In this document: positions 1 through 13,312 of the stretch, piece by piece
Position numbering within the stretch: position 1 is the first letter of the stretch
How the letters are laid out: the number at the start of each line of letters is the position of its first letter
Source: Catajapyx aquilonaris
Lineage: Eukaryota
Assembly (NCBI GenBank): GCA_000934665.2
Contig: JYFJ02000553.1
Coordinates: forward strand, 1 to 64,000
Length of the DNA stretch: 64,000 nucleotides
Direction of reading: 5' to 3'
Notes under the pieces: generated by a model
Database searches by the model: none
What the model was told of the DNA's origin: nothing
Seen by the model: the letters and a program-made list of their open reading frames with translations, nothing else
Program-made: the position numbers and the translations under genes

Positions 1-3000
1 AAAAAAAAACACTGAGCTCCATGGGGCCCATAGTTTCCCATCGAGTTATTCCAGCACTTTTCTGTGTTCCCTTTTCCGGATAAGATGAGGCCCATTTAGT
101 ACGGAACCGGTCGCAGACAAAAGGTCGTGGGTCACCCACAGGCGGTTCGGTGCCGATATTCAAAGCTGGCATCATTGAAAATCATTAAGTTGGATTGGTT
201 TCCCGGGTACGCTTATCGATTAAACAACGCGTTGAATTATCCAGTCTCACTCCATTCCAGCGGCAGATGAACGAAAATAATACATGTACATTTTCCCAAT
301 TATTTTTTCGGAGAGTTGGTCCGCCTACACTGCAGGTACGTTAAAGCTGGGAGCTTGGGTTGTAAAATATATCCCAGCGCACTCTAATTACCGAGGTTTA
401 AAGCGCAATCTCCTGCAGCCTACTCTCTAAGCGCAAATGACGCACTAGCCAGCAGCCCCAACTAACGCAACAACCCGGTATTAATAAACAATACACCAAC
501 ACAAATATAATTCCCCCGGGCATTTGGGCCGTGTAAATGACAAAACATTCTGTCCCCACCCACGCGTGCTGACCAATTTTTAAAGGGCTTCGCGGCGTCT
601 ATCACCATCCCACACCATCCTTGCATTTTATTTAAAGCCCTTTCTACCCACTTGATTCAAGTATACATGCCATGTGCGAAGGGATCAACAATTTAGGGTT
701 TCACACACACTGATGCAGTGATGCCAAGTTTAGCCATAGGCTACTTGGTATAACTTTAACTTTACAAACTGTGGGACGAAGGGGTTGGGGCTAGGCCTAG
801 TTCCATGTGTCGCTGCCCCCTATAGAGCCGGGAATGCACGTCACAAGACTATACGTTCGTATCCATTTGTGCAGACACTGTGCATTGAAGAGAAAGAGTT
901 GGAACCGATACGTATCGACCATAATTTCCATTTGGATCGACACATCTGGACCCCCGAATCGCAGCATCTGGGCCCCTTCGACCTCCTTTTAAGTTCCCTG
1001 TCCTGTTGAAACCTTCTTCTGTTTCCAATCACCCTATGCAGTTCCTATATAGGTGGAAGTTTTTCTTTTTTTTCCTTCGAGATGTTTAAAAATAGGTTGG
1101 GGGACAAAAGGAAGGAGGAACCGGCTACAGTGCCAAAGACGGGCCTCTTTTTTTTATATGAAAGGAAATGGGCAAAGAATCGATGGCGTCTTGGGCGCCG
1201 ATTTACTGGCCAAAAGGAAGAACTCATGGCAATATAGAGAAACTACTCTCTGGAGATGGCCTGGTAATGAATGGGTCCTCGGTCCATTCCCTTGATAAAT
1301 TTCCTCGCACCTTAATGATTTATTCATTCTATAAAAGTTGCAATGTGGGCTCCAGACCAGGTCGTGGGCCAGTGACCCGTTCCCTAAAGAATGTATCGAG
1401 TATTGGTAACGTAATTCCCCCGTGTTTACACTGGGTCCGCTTTCAGGCAGTCACAAAAAGCTATTCACGTGTAATCCCCTTGCAAATACCCGAAAAAAAC
1501 CCAGACATTTTCACCACTAATGAGTTATCCTCGCTGTATTGTTGATGCATGATTCAATTCCGATTTGAATTCCGTCAGGTCTACAGGGTGTCACATAATT
1601 CATGTCCGGTGTTTGGCACGAATTGTATAAGTTCCCCAAAAAAAGGAAGCTCATTAGCAAACATGTCATACACGACCTAGTTCCGCGTCCTGAATACTCG
1701 ATAGCAAGTCAGGTGCAAATTCCTGACAGACTTTGGGCATAAAACTTTCCAACTCAAGCTGCGTACACGCAACAACTGCTGCGAATTAGGCACTTTAGAG
1801 GTCTCTCCACAAAACCCGAACCTCTTCCAGTCTTCTCAAGCAGTCGTGTCAGATGCAGCTTTTACAACCCCACAAGATGCCTGAGAGAGTTCGATACCTC
1901 TTGCCAATTTATTTAGTAACTTGCGGACCTCCCCCCACAAATTGAAGTTTCCCTTGCAAAATCTATTCAATCTATGGGCATTCACCCATTCATTGCGCGG
2001 TAAATGGGTTGCGCCATGCACAAATTTGCTGGCTTTATGTGCAGCAGACGGAGGCATTCGTACGCAAATAAGGGATGCACCCCCCCCCCTCCTCTCATGA
2101 CTTATACCTCTCAGCGCTATGTAATTAAGTCCAATAGGGGGGGCCTTAACCGCAGTAATTTCCGCAATTAATCGATGCCGCAAGTTATGCAGGCTCGCCA
2201 CAAATTCGCCGCTTCCAACAATGCGATGAAATATAATCTTTTTCTGTGCTCAGCCAAGCCTGCAGTTTTTTTCCGTTTTTTTCGCAAAAAAAAAGCGGCT
2301 TACTAAGCCAGATTTAGCTGGAAGTAGACTTAAAAAAAGGAAGTGTTGGTGGAATACGTTGGAGCCTCAAAGTTCTCATCGCGGTTTCTTCCCCTTCGTC
2401 CTCCACCATCGCAGCTCGGAATTAGTGTCCCTAAGCCTGCGGAATCCTCTTTTACCGCCCAAGTAATGGCAACACTTCATCAGGAATTTATGCACCAGAG
2501 CCACAGACAACAATGTTATCAGTTGAGTGGGTTCTCTTTGCCAACTGGAGTGCAATCCAGCTGCGCATTGGACCAAAATTTCCTTCAGGACATCCTTTTT
2601 TTCTCACTCTCTCTCTCCCCCTCCTCCTCCTCCTCTTCTTCTTCTTCTCAGCATACCCTGAAACCAACCAATCCGTCACTCGTAAATCTGTATCGAGCGA
2701 AACGACGTGACGCCAGCCAGCTCAACCAGAGGGAAAATAAATCGATGCATGAGGTCTAATCTCCTTTTTTGGGTCTTATCCCGCGATTGCCACCATAAAA
2801 TGCACACTTCAATCGGGCACTATAAGGAAACTAATTGCAGCAATTCAACTACTCATCGACTTCACCTTGACCATGCAATACCTTTGGCATTCAGTATTCT
2901 CTCAGGCATTGTTCTCAACTCAGATATGTGCCTAGCGTCTATGTAGGACATTATTTTGTACAGAAATCTTACATTAGCTATTGTGTTAGTTCAGTTGTTC

Positions 3001-6000
3001 ATAAAAATTCTCGAGTTTAACTGACAAAAAAAAAAAAACCTTTTGTCTTTCATTACCTAACAAACCAACAAATTTTCCTGCTGTACTCGTTTTTCTCAAA
3101 TGTCTGTAAGCGGATACAGTTGTGACTGAATGTAAATGGCGGTTGTGTGTCCCCCTAATAATGACCCAAAGGTCAGAGAATGAGGTATGTAATAAATAAA
3201 TAAAATAAATAAACTTACAAAAAAAATTCAGTCATATCTGGGTTAGACTAATCGGAAGGACTTCAGTATTGGGAGACAGAATGTGGCAGGGGTCGGGCAC
3301 GCTGCACCAACCTACCCCATGACCTAACTTTCATTCCAAGCAGATCCACGCATATCCTTCAGCAGAAACAAGCCTAAGTAGCTAAGAAAGTAGCTAAAAG
3401 TGCGGGGTCTCTCGATATGAAAGCGTAGCCGAAAAATCATTCGATTAAGTTACAGTATAGGTTAGGTGACCTTAATCTGTGCTGTAGAAAGAGCGCAGGA
3501 AAATTTTGTTTGTACCTATAGGACAACAGAGATTAGTGTCCGAGTTAGTGTCATGTCCGAATCTTGGGAGGTGACCATAAACAGGTCCGATAGAAATGCA
3601 ACGACCACAGCTGCTGGCTTTAACCTTTTTGATGAACCTTGGGTCGTTGGGCACTTCTGTCTCTCCCAACGGTCGTTTCTGCCCAGCCAAATGAGGCTTA
3701 AGCCTCTTGCTGCAGCACGCCTTAGCTTCTCTCTCTAGCTCTGGCAACAGCAAGCTACGGAAACCCCCCTCCCAACAACCTATTCCGGACCATGCAAGCT
3801 CCAAATCTCCAGGGGTATACCCCACTGCATAGTCATCGGTCCCAGTGAGTCACGGGTCCTAAAAAGAGTGACCGCCATAGGCACTGTATCACTGTGAAAC
3901 GCAGGGCTCTACAGGGACAGAAAGAGGTTTCGTTCGTGTGCAAAAGGGGACACGACCAACGACTACTTTTCAGCAGTATTTTTTTTCCTGGATGGGTTAT
4001 ATAGCTAGGACCAGTTTTAATGTGGTAATCCGGCCAAAATACACTCGTTATTTGCGGGATGCGGATAAACCTGGGTGGATTATCCACGTCCAAATATTTA
4101 AAAGGCGTGAGATATTGAGATGTGTGTCCTTGTCACACTTTACGCCCGGGTATTTTGTTCTCGTCTGTAGTGAGAAGCTCGGTATTGGCAGGTAGCTCTG
4201 GGCGATGGATTATACTCGCGCCTGATGTGCATCCATCTTCTGCACAGCCCTTTGCAAATCCGGCAGCATAACTTTTCAAGGACGATCCGTTTTCAGCAAC
4301 AATAAGCTCAATTGGTCCTGCATATTCGGATAATTCAGCATCACAAGTCGTGCTGTGAAAAGACGAATGCGGATTATATTTCCCCACCTTGTTTTCAGTT
4401 TAATCTCAAAATGTAGAGCCGGCAAAAATCAATCTTGCCGCACTTCCACCAACAAAAGAGCGAAAGGGGAAAGAATGGAAAAAAAGGCAATTCCAGTATA
4501 TACACCTCCGCGACCCCAATATTGATAGAAATCCCAGACAGCGGCGGTGGGCCAGCTCAAGTCAGCTTTTGGGTTGAGCAAGGGCAGCAAAAGTGAGTTG
4601 TGCACTGCCTTTTGCAAGAGTGCGAATAGTTGGCAAAAGAGGCTCAAAAGCTGCTGGGGAGGGCCAAAAGGCAGCAGTGAAGGGGGGGGGCAAACAACGT
4701 ACAGTGCTTTCCCAGCCAACAGTTATTGGACTCTTTTATGGCGAAGCTTTTATTGGTTTATTGTAGCCCCCCCCCCCCCTTCTACACCAAAAGAACTCTG
4801 ATTTGGCACAATGTCCAAGCCAATATTATTTTCTTGCAAGGTATCTTTTTTTCCTGCGTTGCAAATTCGCGCGGCTCTCCTGCAAAATCTGATAACATTT
4901 TTCACCTTACCGCCCATTTGCTCTCCGGAAATTAAAACCTGATTGTCTCCCCCCGTCCCCTCCCCCCTCATTTTTTGTCATGTCCTCCCACACCCTCCCT
5001 AAAAAAGCGAGACATCATTAGCAGCTGATGTTCGATGTCTCCAGCCTGTCGCGCCCGAACAGTAGGCGTCCCTTTTAACAAATGAATGCGAAATGAGAGG
5101 ACGTGCTTTTTTTCCCCCTGGGGACAAACCTTTCGGCTACACCTCCTCCTCCTCCCTATATACATGGCCGACCATTGATCGAGAGGACTACTCTTGTCGG
5201 AGAGGGGGAGCTTTAATTAGATTTTTGTCCCCGAAGCGAATGTGCCGCATCCCTGCGAAAAAGATGTGCGTCCAGCCAATTCAACATTTTTTGCTTAGTG
5301 CGTTTTCAAAGGCACCCTCCGTTGGTCCTAATGCGTCAACACGGTCATCAACAGCCCCAGAATCGCCCCACGAAACCCACTCTGATGAGAATGGCATATC
5401 ATTCGGCCCTCTAATTCCGCTCTGGGGAGTGTTTAATGCGGCTCAATATCGGGCGAGGAAGCTGCGTTTTAAATATCCGGGGGAGATAACCCTGCAGAGA
5501 AAAAATATATGGCGGAATGCGCAGTATTCCAGAAATGGTTGGTCATGAATTGGGCTCATTAAGTGCTAATTAAAAAGTTGAGTGATTGATTACGAGCGTT
5601 ACGCGCGAAATCGAGTGAGTCCCCGGTTCTCTCAAGTTTGAGGCGGGGAAATTAGATATTTTGTTCTCGACGGAGTTTAATTACTCATTTTGCTAATTCA
5701 GCTCCAGTGTACAGTTGCTGGAGTATACTTCGCAGGAAGAGATGGTTAAAGCGAATCGTACAGCAGCGTGAGAGTCAATTAGTTACTGTTATAGTGTTGA
5801 GAACGTGTCTCTTTAACCCTATACTATAGCGAATGGATAGTTCCCCCCTCCCACCCACCAGAGGCGCTGCCTCCAGACCATTTCGCAGGCGCAGAACTGG
5901 GCCAATAGGAAGCGTCGCGGTAACAACAATATGCTGCGGACCAATCAGAATGCTTTTACAAACAACGAATGAAGGGCTGGGTGTATGAACGTAAAAACCA

Positions 6001-7537
6001 GATTGGTAAATAACGCGAGTGTTATTCGAGTAGACTTTTTCTCCTTGACAAGGAAATTCGAATGGGACAATAATGGCATAGAATGTTGTCAAGTCTCATT
6101 TCCGTTCCCAAGTAGCCCAAAGTCACCCGCTTGTAGGCTTGATTTTGGCGGATAGAATGTACCCGGAAAACCGGGAATTGGCCATGACACTTATTTACCG
6201 TCCACTGAATACGAATCCTAAAACCGTTTGACGCTATCTCTTTCGGTTTGAGCCCTGATACCTGACCACGGACGGACCCATTCTACTTGTATAATACTTT
6301 TTTCAATTAGAAAAAGTCTAGAGCTGCAATAGAAATGAATTTGTCGGAAAAATCAAGAATACCACTTTTCAAGTTGAGTCTGCAACTATAGCCTTCAGAG
6401 GTGGTTCTCCCTCCCAAATATTCTCGGCCACATTGCATTGTAATCATACGCGTCGACCCCCTGCAGAGTCGGCATTGTTGTCCGTGTGAAATATGCACCA
6501 ACGTTCAACCCCCACGACCATCGATTTGATTATGTGGGAACCGGCCATTAAAGAATCACCGGCCAAGTTAGACCTTTCCCCTTTTGTACCGTCGTCCCCC
6601 GATCGCAACAGTTCAAAGAGACCTTATACCGCCATAATGAAATTGGTGCGAATTAGCCCATAGTGCACTCCATCGTTGATTAATAAAAAAAAGGGTGGCC
6701 TTTGACTTTTCCCTGAAGTTCCGGACACTTGAGTTGAACTAATTTTTCACAAACATTTTCGCACATGTCTCTGCTGATTACAGATTGCATCTTTCTTTGC
6801 TAATTAAGTGCTGAGCTGGGGAAATGTGGGGGAGGATGGTATTTATAGGGCCCGAAGGTGTTTTGAGGGGGTTGCAAGGCTGGGAGCCGGCCGCACCAGC
6901 TCATCATTTTTGCAACCACCTCATTACTCAACGTCACATTACTCGGGAGGTCCGCCAGCCCACAATTAGAGCCCTGTTTCGCATCTGTTGTTTATCACCG
7001 CTGGTTATGAATGGTAAGGGGCGTTATGAGTAAACCTGCAATAATTATCCTGCTTTGCCCGCTGACCTGCTCAACCGACCTCGCTTTTTTCCAGTAGGCT
7101 ATTGACCGCATGCTAAACAATAATTGTGTTAATTCGGGTTTGTCACCTGTTGCGATTAAAGACTCACTTTGTTGACGGGAAAAATAACAATGAACAGGTC
7201 ACTCATAAAAACTTGGTCTGTTGCGCCATTTTATTGCTTTTGTCCAGTACGCTTAGGGGCATAGCATGTATCGAAATTGTAGGGAATTCACCTCAGGCTG
7301 TTCATAGAATCTGGGTTAATTAAACATAATGAACTGCCCAGCTGGCAGACTCGGTTATTCTTTCATATCGAGCGTTTTTCTTTCATCTTCCCTTGAGAGG
7401 AATACATGGTGGTTCACTGACCAGGTTTCTAACAGGGTGAATAGATGAAGCAGTTACTTTCGTCAATTTTTTGCACCATTACCTTACCTCAAATTTGTGT
7501 ACAAAAACCTATGAAGGATGTGACCTATTAGACTTAC

Positions 7538-7653
7538 CATGAGGGCATAAGATGTTCGCCAATAAGTGAAGTCCGGTGTTCACTGCTCCACACGTGACAG
7601 TCACAGTCAACTTCGACAGGACAACACAACCTTCGACAACAATTCGACACTGA
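7538..7653 (-). promoter_or_regulatory. Candidate core promoter and first exon of a minus-strand gene that continues off the left edge of the window
   Basis: TCAGT initiator-like motif at 7653-7649, followed ~115 nt later by a consensus donor ATG|GTAAGT (exon end 7538). The downstream 1-7500 region has no convincing coding exon. Confidence 0.35.
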
Positions 7654-9269
7654 AACGCGGCACGAACTCACACACGCACACACTCCCGGCATACGATGAA
7701 GACTCATGTGTTGCGTGTGTGGCATGAACCCGAGTCAAATAGATGTGGCTGTGAATCACATTTGACACATGCTTGTCCAAAAACTTACATTTGACGGCCG
7801 ATTTGAAAAACACGGCTGTGTGAACTTGTCTAGCCGCAAAAAAAAAAATGCATGACAATGAGGAAGGACTTGACCCAAAATGCTGCAGCCTTATCACATA
7901 TAGAGTCGCCTTTTTAAGAGACACAATAACAAGTTTGACTGAATTGACCATGGCTTTACATGCACATCTACTCATCCCAGGACAGCAACTTGCTTTTAAA
8001 GCAGCCCTGGCATAACATCAGGGATCCGGATGACCATGCCACTGCAGTGCATCATCAGCAGGCCAGGGCCAATGCAGTATGTGGGCCGAATGTGGGGCCT
8101 TGCACGCAGTCTGACACCCGTTCCAACACTTCAAGTTATTTGTGAGCCATCTGTGGTCATGCATTACTCCTGCTCAGCTGCCAAATAATGCTGGGAGTGC
8201 TCTCCCATCACAAGTGAAGCAGTGGTCAGATGGCTGGCAAGCAGCCAGGCAATGCACCTTGGGGCGGCTCTCCATGCAAGCACAGGGCATCACTCACCTC
8301 GGCCAACAATTTTGACTGAATTGGACGCACCACTTGAAACAGATCGAAAAATTATGATGCCAGACATTTGCTGTTAATTTCACAACCTTTAATACCTTTA
8401 ACACCACCACTACAGATGATAGAAAATTCAGTCACATTTCACCAATTCTTCACTTGTGAGAAATGAAATTGATAGAAATACAGGTCACCACAGAATTTGC
8501 CCAACTCTACAGTTGAAAATTTATAACAATAAGTAAACTATGAAGCACATGTTAGCACTACTGTCACCTTGACCAAACATATAACCGGGTTTGACTTCGT
8601 TCATATTACATCTCCCTTGCTCAGTTGATAACACCATGGACACTGTTAGCCTACATAAGTTCAAGAAAATTTACACTAATAAAGTATTGCACTAATAACA
8701 TTGATAACTGTAGCCCATAAAATGTGATATTACACAGTCTCATACACGTCACAAGACTGTGTTAGATGAGTATGGATACCTCCTTACACAAAGAGAGAAT
8801 AAAACCTTACATGGGGTCAACTTTCCCAATGGAGTAGGCCAAACAGTAGATAACTGGGATAAAGTCAATCTTAGAATTTGGACATAAATTTACATCATTA
8901 ATTTACATTTTATGGAAGACCACTTCCCTACATCAGGAATATTTTTGATGCACTCAGCCACTAGCATTTTCATAGATTTAGTTTACCATCACATGTTATG
9001 GATCCTGCCAGACCTCGTATGTCAAAAACAATTCACTCCAGTCCATCATCCATAAAACCAATAAAACAACACATTTATTACAGTAATCACAAAATGAGCA
9101 GCGCGCATAGCCTCTCATCACTTCCACCCATAAACATGAATGTTCATTAGTGATCCACGTAATGGCTGTCAACATTGGTCCTTGCAGTTCTCCATGCAGA
9201 CACAATTTTTGTGTGTGAACAATTATTAACAAGAAAGGACAAAAGTAGTGCATTACAAAAGTGATGCAC

Positions 9270-11210
9270 TTATGACAACTCTTCAGTATGTGACTTCTTA
9301 TGCTTTGCCAATTTATTTTGTGTTGAAAACGATATAGAACAAACCTCGCAAGTGAAGGAGTTGTGAGTCCTCTTGTGCACTACTAATGAAAAGCGTGCAG
9401 TGAACGACCTGTTGCAAACTTCACATGTGAATGGTTTTTCACCAGTATGTATTCTCCTGTGAGCAACTAATGAGGAACGAACGGTAAACGACTTTGGACA
9501 GATGTCGCAAGCAAAAGGTTTCTCACCACTATGTAATCGCTTGTGCTCCATTAACTTGTCAGGACCTGACAATATCTTATGGCAAGTTTCACACATGAAG
9601 GGATTGTCACCATGCGCTTTCTTGTGCTTGGCAAGTTGGTCACCGGCAGTAAACGACTTATCACAAATATCACAAGTGAATGGCTTTTCGCCTGAATGCA
9701 ACTGCTTGTGCCTAATCAGTGCCTCCAGTTTAGAATACGAATTCTGGCAGATTTCGCATATGAAAGGCTTCTCTCCTGTGTGAGTCCTTGTGTGTACAAC
9801 TAATGAATAATGTGCTGCAAATGACTTACTGCAAAGTTTACATGCATAAGGTTTTTCACCGGTATGTATCCTTCTGTGTGCAACTAATGACGTACGGACA
9901 GTAAATGCTTTCTGGCAGATGTCACAAGTGAAGGGTGTGTCACCGGTATGAATTCTCATATGTTCAATTAATTTACCATTAATCGAGAATGACTTCTGAC
10001 AAAAGTCACAAGTGTAAGGCTTCTCACCAGTATGTATTCGCCTGTGCTTGACCAGTTTATAATTAGCAACAAACGATTTCTCACAGATGTCACAAGTGAA
10101 GGGCTTTTCACCTGAATGCAATCTCTTGTGCTGAACCAGTGCACCGAGCCTAGTGTACGATTTTTGGCAGACTTCACAAGTGTAAGGCCTCTCACCAGTG
10201 TGTGTCCGCATGTGGTATATCAGTGTACTGTTGTTAAGAAATGACTTTTGGCACATGTCACAGGTAAAAGGAGTCTCACCTGTATGCAACCTCATATGCT
10301 TCATTAACCTGGCATGAGCCAAAAATGCTTTCTGGCAAATATCACACTCGTAAGGCTTATCACTAGTATGTACCAGCTTATGCCGCGTCAGATGGTTACT
10401 AGCAGAAAATGATTTTGGGCAAAGGTCACAATTAAAAGGCTTTTCACCAGTATGCACCTTCTTGTGCTTCACCAAAGCATCAAGAGTGGGATAAGTCTTC
10501 CGACACACCTCGCAAGCATATGGCCTCTGGCCGCTATGCCTCTTCATATGGTCTTTTAGCGTGTTGTTATGAGAAAACGATTTTTGGCAGATGTTGCAAG
10601 TGAAAGGCCTCTCACCTGTATGTACTCTTCTGTGCACGGCTAACTGACTGGGGGCAGAAAATGTTTTGAGGCAGTATTCGCAGGAGTAATTCCCACCAGA
10701 ATGGGTCTGCATGTGCTCTGAGTAGCTATCATGATCATGGAATGACCTCGAACACACCTGGCATGTCAAAGACTCAGAATCTGAATCACTGCTCGCCTGT
10801 TGCTGCACATTCTCCTCTTCGTTGTGACCACTGACCCCAGAATTAACTTCAAGAGAGTCCTCCCCCTCAGCTCCTTCCTCCTCTTCTTCTTCATCATCAT
10901 CCTCATCTTCATCATCCATATCTTCCATATCAGGGAGCTCCACTTTTATGATCATCTCTTCAACCGCTGCCTTATCTTCTGATGATGGAAGCTGCTCTTC
11001 TTCTGACACCTTCTCTGTCTCTACAGTGATCTCTCTTGCCTCTTCTTCTGACAACTCTACCTCTTCTGCAGACCCTCTTGTCTCATCTTCTGACACCTCA
11101 GACTCTTCTGGAGTCTCACTTGCTTCTTCTTCTGACATCTCGCTCTCTTCTGTGGTGCCCTTAGCCGCTTCTTCTCCCTCCATTTCTTCCTTCTCTTCCA
11201 CCAAAGACAT
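9270..11210 (-). CDS. C2H2 zinc-finger protein, 646 aa, acidic N-terminus plus 18 tandem fingers, single coding exon
   Basis: 18 CxxC...HxxxH fingers with TGEKPF-type linkers. A splice acceptor (ttttctctttaaccag) lies 4 nt before the ATG. AATAAA on the minus strand at ~9074-9079. Confidence 0.95.
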   Translation of the reverse strand: MSLVEEKEEMEGEEAAKGTTEESEMSEEEASETPEESEVSEDETRGSAEEVELSEEEAREITVETEKVSEEEQLPSSEDKAAVEEMIIKVELPDMEDMDDEDEDDDEEEEEEGAEGEDSLEVNSGVSGHNEEENVQQQASSDSDSESLTCQVCSRSFHDHDSYSEHMQTHSGGNYSCEYCLKTFSAPSQLAVHRRVHTGERPFTCNICQKSFSHNNTLKDHMKRHSGQRPYACEVCRKTYPTLDALVKHKKVHTGEKPFNCDLCPKSFSASNHLTRHKLVHTSDKPYECDICQKAFLAHARLMKHMRLHTGETPFTCDMCQKSFLNNSTLIYHMRTHTGERPYTCEVCQKSYTRLGALVQHKRLHSGEKPFTCDICEKSFVANYKLVKHRRIHTGEKPYTCDFCQKSFSINGKLIEHMRIHTGDTPFTCDICQKAFTVRTSLVAHRRIHTGEKPYACKLCSKSFAAHYSLVVHTRTHTGEKPFICEICQNSYSKLEALIRHKQLHSGEKPFTCDICDKSFTAGDQLAKHKKAHGDNPFMCETCHKILSGPDKLMEHKRLHSGEKPFACDICPKSFTVRSSLVAHRRIHTGEKPFTCEVCNRSFTARFSLVVHKRTHNSFTCEVCSISFSTQNKLAKHKKSHTEELS

Positions 11211-11350
11211 GGTCCTGGTTAAAGAGAAAAACCAGTCAGAATCAATTAAATTGCAATGTATTCAGATAACGACTTCTCATTTTTTTTTGTATCTGTACTG
11301 ACCCAGGAGCACAACTGAATAAAAATACCAATTAACATAATGATTTAATT

Positions 11351-11640
11351 CAGTAGAACCCCAACATTATCTGTCACCCACAGGACTGGGGCATTGTCGG
11401 ATAACAGAAAAGGTCGGATAATCCTAGGAACAAAGGAAAATACAACAAAGAGCATAAAAAACACTGAAATAAAGTACAATATTATGCTTTTTTAAGAAAT
11501 AGTGAATAATTTAACTTTTATATGCACACTCTGCTGTTTAAAATATAACGAAGGCAATACAAAACAAATGATTAGTACATTACAGTATTTGATGAGAAAA
11601 CATTAATTTATTGCCGGAGCGGGACCGGCCTTTCGAGTCT
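11351..11640. mobile_element. MITE copy (pogo-like CAGT terminus), right end degenerate
   Basis: Begins CAGTAGAACCCC..ATTATCTGTCACC and is colinearly similar to 15654-15977 over ~280 bp. Confidence 0.7.
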
Positions 11641-12549
11641 GTTATAACCGAAAGTCAGTTATGGCTGAAGCTGTTATAATTATGGTACTTGTCCAATTAC
11701 CATTATTATTTCTTTCATGAGCAAGGAATTATGTGAGGAGTTCAGGTATTTGTCAGCACTGACGCATCAATATTCTATTCTAACTTTAAATTTTATGATA
11801 TTGTTCTCATAATGTAAAGTACATTTCAACATTCTGCTACATACTTCTGATTGCTCACCTTCCCAAAGCTACCTGGCATCTCCATTACACACTTTTAAAA
11901 AGGCAACACATCCGTGAGGACTTGCTAAATAAAAGGCTGGCATTTCTGGCAATTGCGCAGATTGACAAAACCAGAATGTCTGGCCAGAAAGAACACTTCC
12001 ACACCACACTTTTGTGAACGATGCAAACACATCTGATCAAAATGACCCTTTTTACGCAGGCTTACTGTATGTGCTTTCCAGACATCATTGCGCAGGCAGC
12101 TATTGACAAGCACGCAATGACTTACACACTGCTACATGCTCTGTGTTACCAGACGTTACCGTAAACTACAAACTGGGTGTACAGGAAAGAGCGACCACGA
12201 CACCAAACCACCGGTTGTTACTAGTAGCAACCGAATTCCAAACATGGCCCAAACTAATAAAATTCTGGGTTCTGTTCCTTTCAGGGGGCCAATACGGCAA
12301 CAGAATCAATTCGACAACTATAGCTCCGTAATCCGACAGGTCCAATGCGCAACTATTGCCTGCACAACCTGCACACTTACGCTGCATTGCGCTGCAGGCC
12401 AATGGCAACATATTAATGCGACACCAACATGTATTCGCAAAGCACAGTGCACCAGTTCACCTAGACTCCTTACTCTCAGCTCATTCCATTCTATTTTTAT
12501 TTTTTTTTGGTCCTTGTCGAACACAGATCCTGGCTGCACCCCAGCTCAC

Positions 12550-12760
12550 GTCCGCCTCAGTTTGAAGGGATTCGGTCCCCGCATCCCATCAGCCTTCAGG
12601 CCATCCCAAGTTCACCAGGAATCCTTCAGAATTCGGGCAGGAAAAGGGTCTGAATTCTTCGTTCTACTTTTTTTTTTTTCTCTCTCTTTCTCTCCCATCG
12701 AATAATGGCTGCCGTTCTGGGCGCGTTCGGACCGATGCACACTTGATGACGCGTCACCGA
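12550..12760 (-). promoter_or_regulatory. Candidate promoter and non-coding first exon of the zinc-finger gene
   Basis: CpG-richer patch, palindrome TGACGCGTCA at ~12747-12756, YY1-like GCCATT, and a candidate donor GAC|GTGAGC at 12550/12549 that could join the acceptor at 11215. Confidence 0.35.
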
Positions 12761-13312
12761 ATAGACTCTATCGAATAAACAAAAAGGATTTAATTAATAT
12801 TAATTGACACAGGATTTATCAGGAAAATTAATATTTAGTCCTGGCAGACTTACCAGTCGATTCTTTTTAATCATCTTTCCTACAATGCAAGTTGGCGCCA
12901 ATTTTGAATCGTGGAGGGAGAAAATGTGTTTCTAAAAAAATCTATAATATTAAAATCCTTGTAGTGTTTAAAATATTGGAATGCTTCGTGTGTGCAGTAA
13001 AAACAGGATGGGGGTCATGCATGTTAAACCATCACTTCTCCCGGTGCATGCCGACTGAAATTTTATTAATGTAGAAATAATTGTTAAATGCATGGTACAC
13101 AGTACCTCTTTTACACACTCCGGTCACATTTAAAAAATGAGGAGATACATGTCAAATACTCATAAATATAATGTAAATGTTCAAAACCTCAGAGAGACAC
13201 TTGACTCGTATTGAATGACACAAAAATGCTGGATCACACAAAAATCAATTTGTTAACTCGGAACAACATGCTGCTGAGTAATACACTGAAAAAAAAAAGT
13301 TGACATAATGAG

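Noticed and set aside
785..9253. Short ORFs in the first 9 kb (e.g. 3472-3825, 4133-4387, 5093-5548)
   Set aside because: No recognisable domains and no consistent chain of splice sites. They look like chance ORFs.
10800..11301. Plus-strand Ser-rich ORFs, and similar antisense ORFs over Csk, CREB3 and unc-13
   Set aside because: They are antisense shadows of real minus-strand coding exons.
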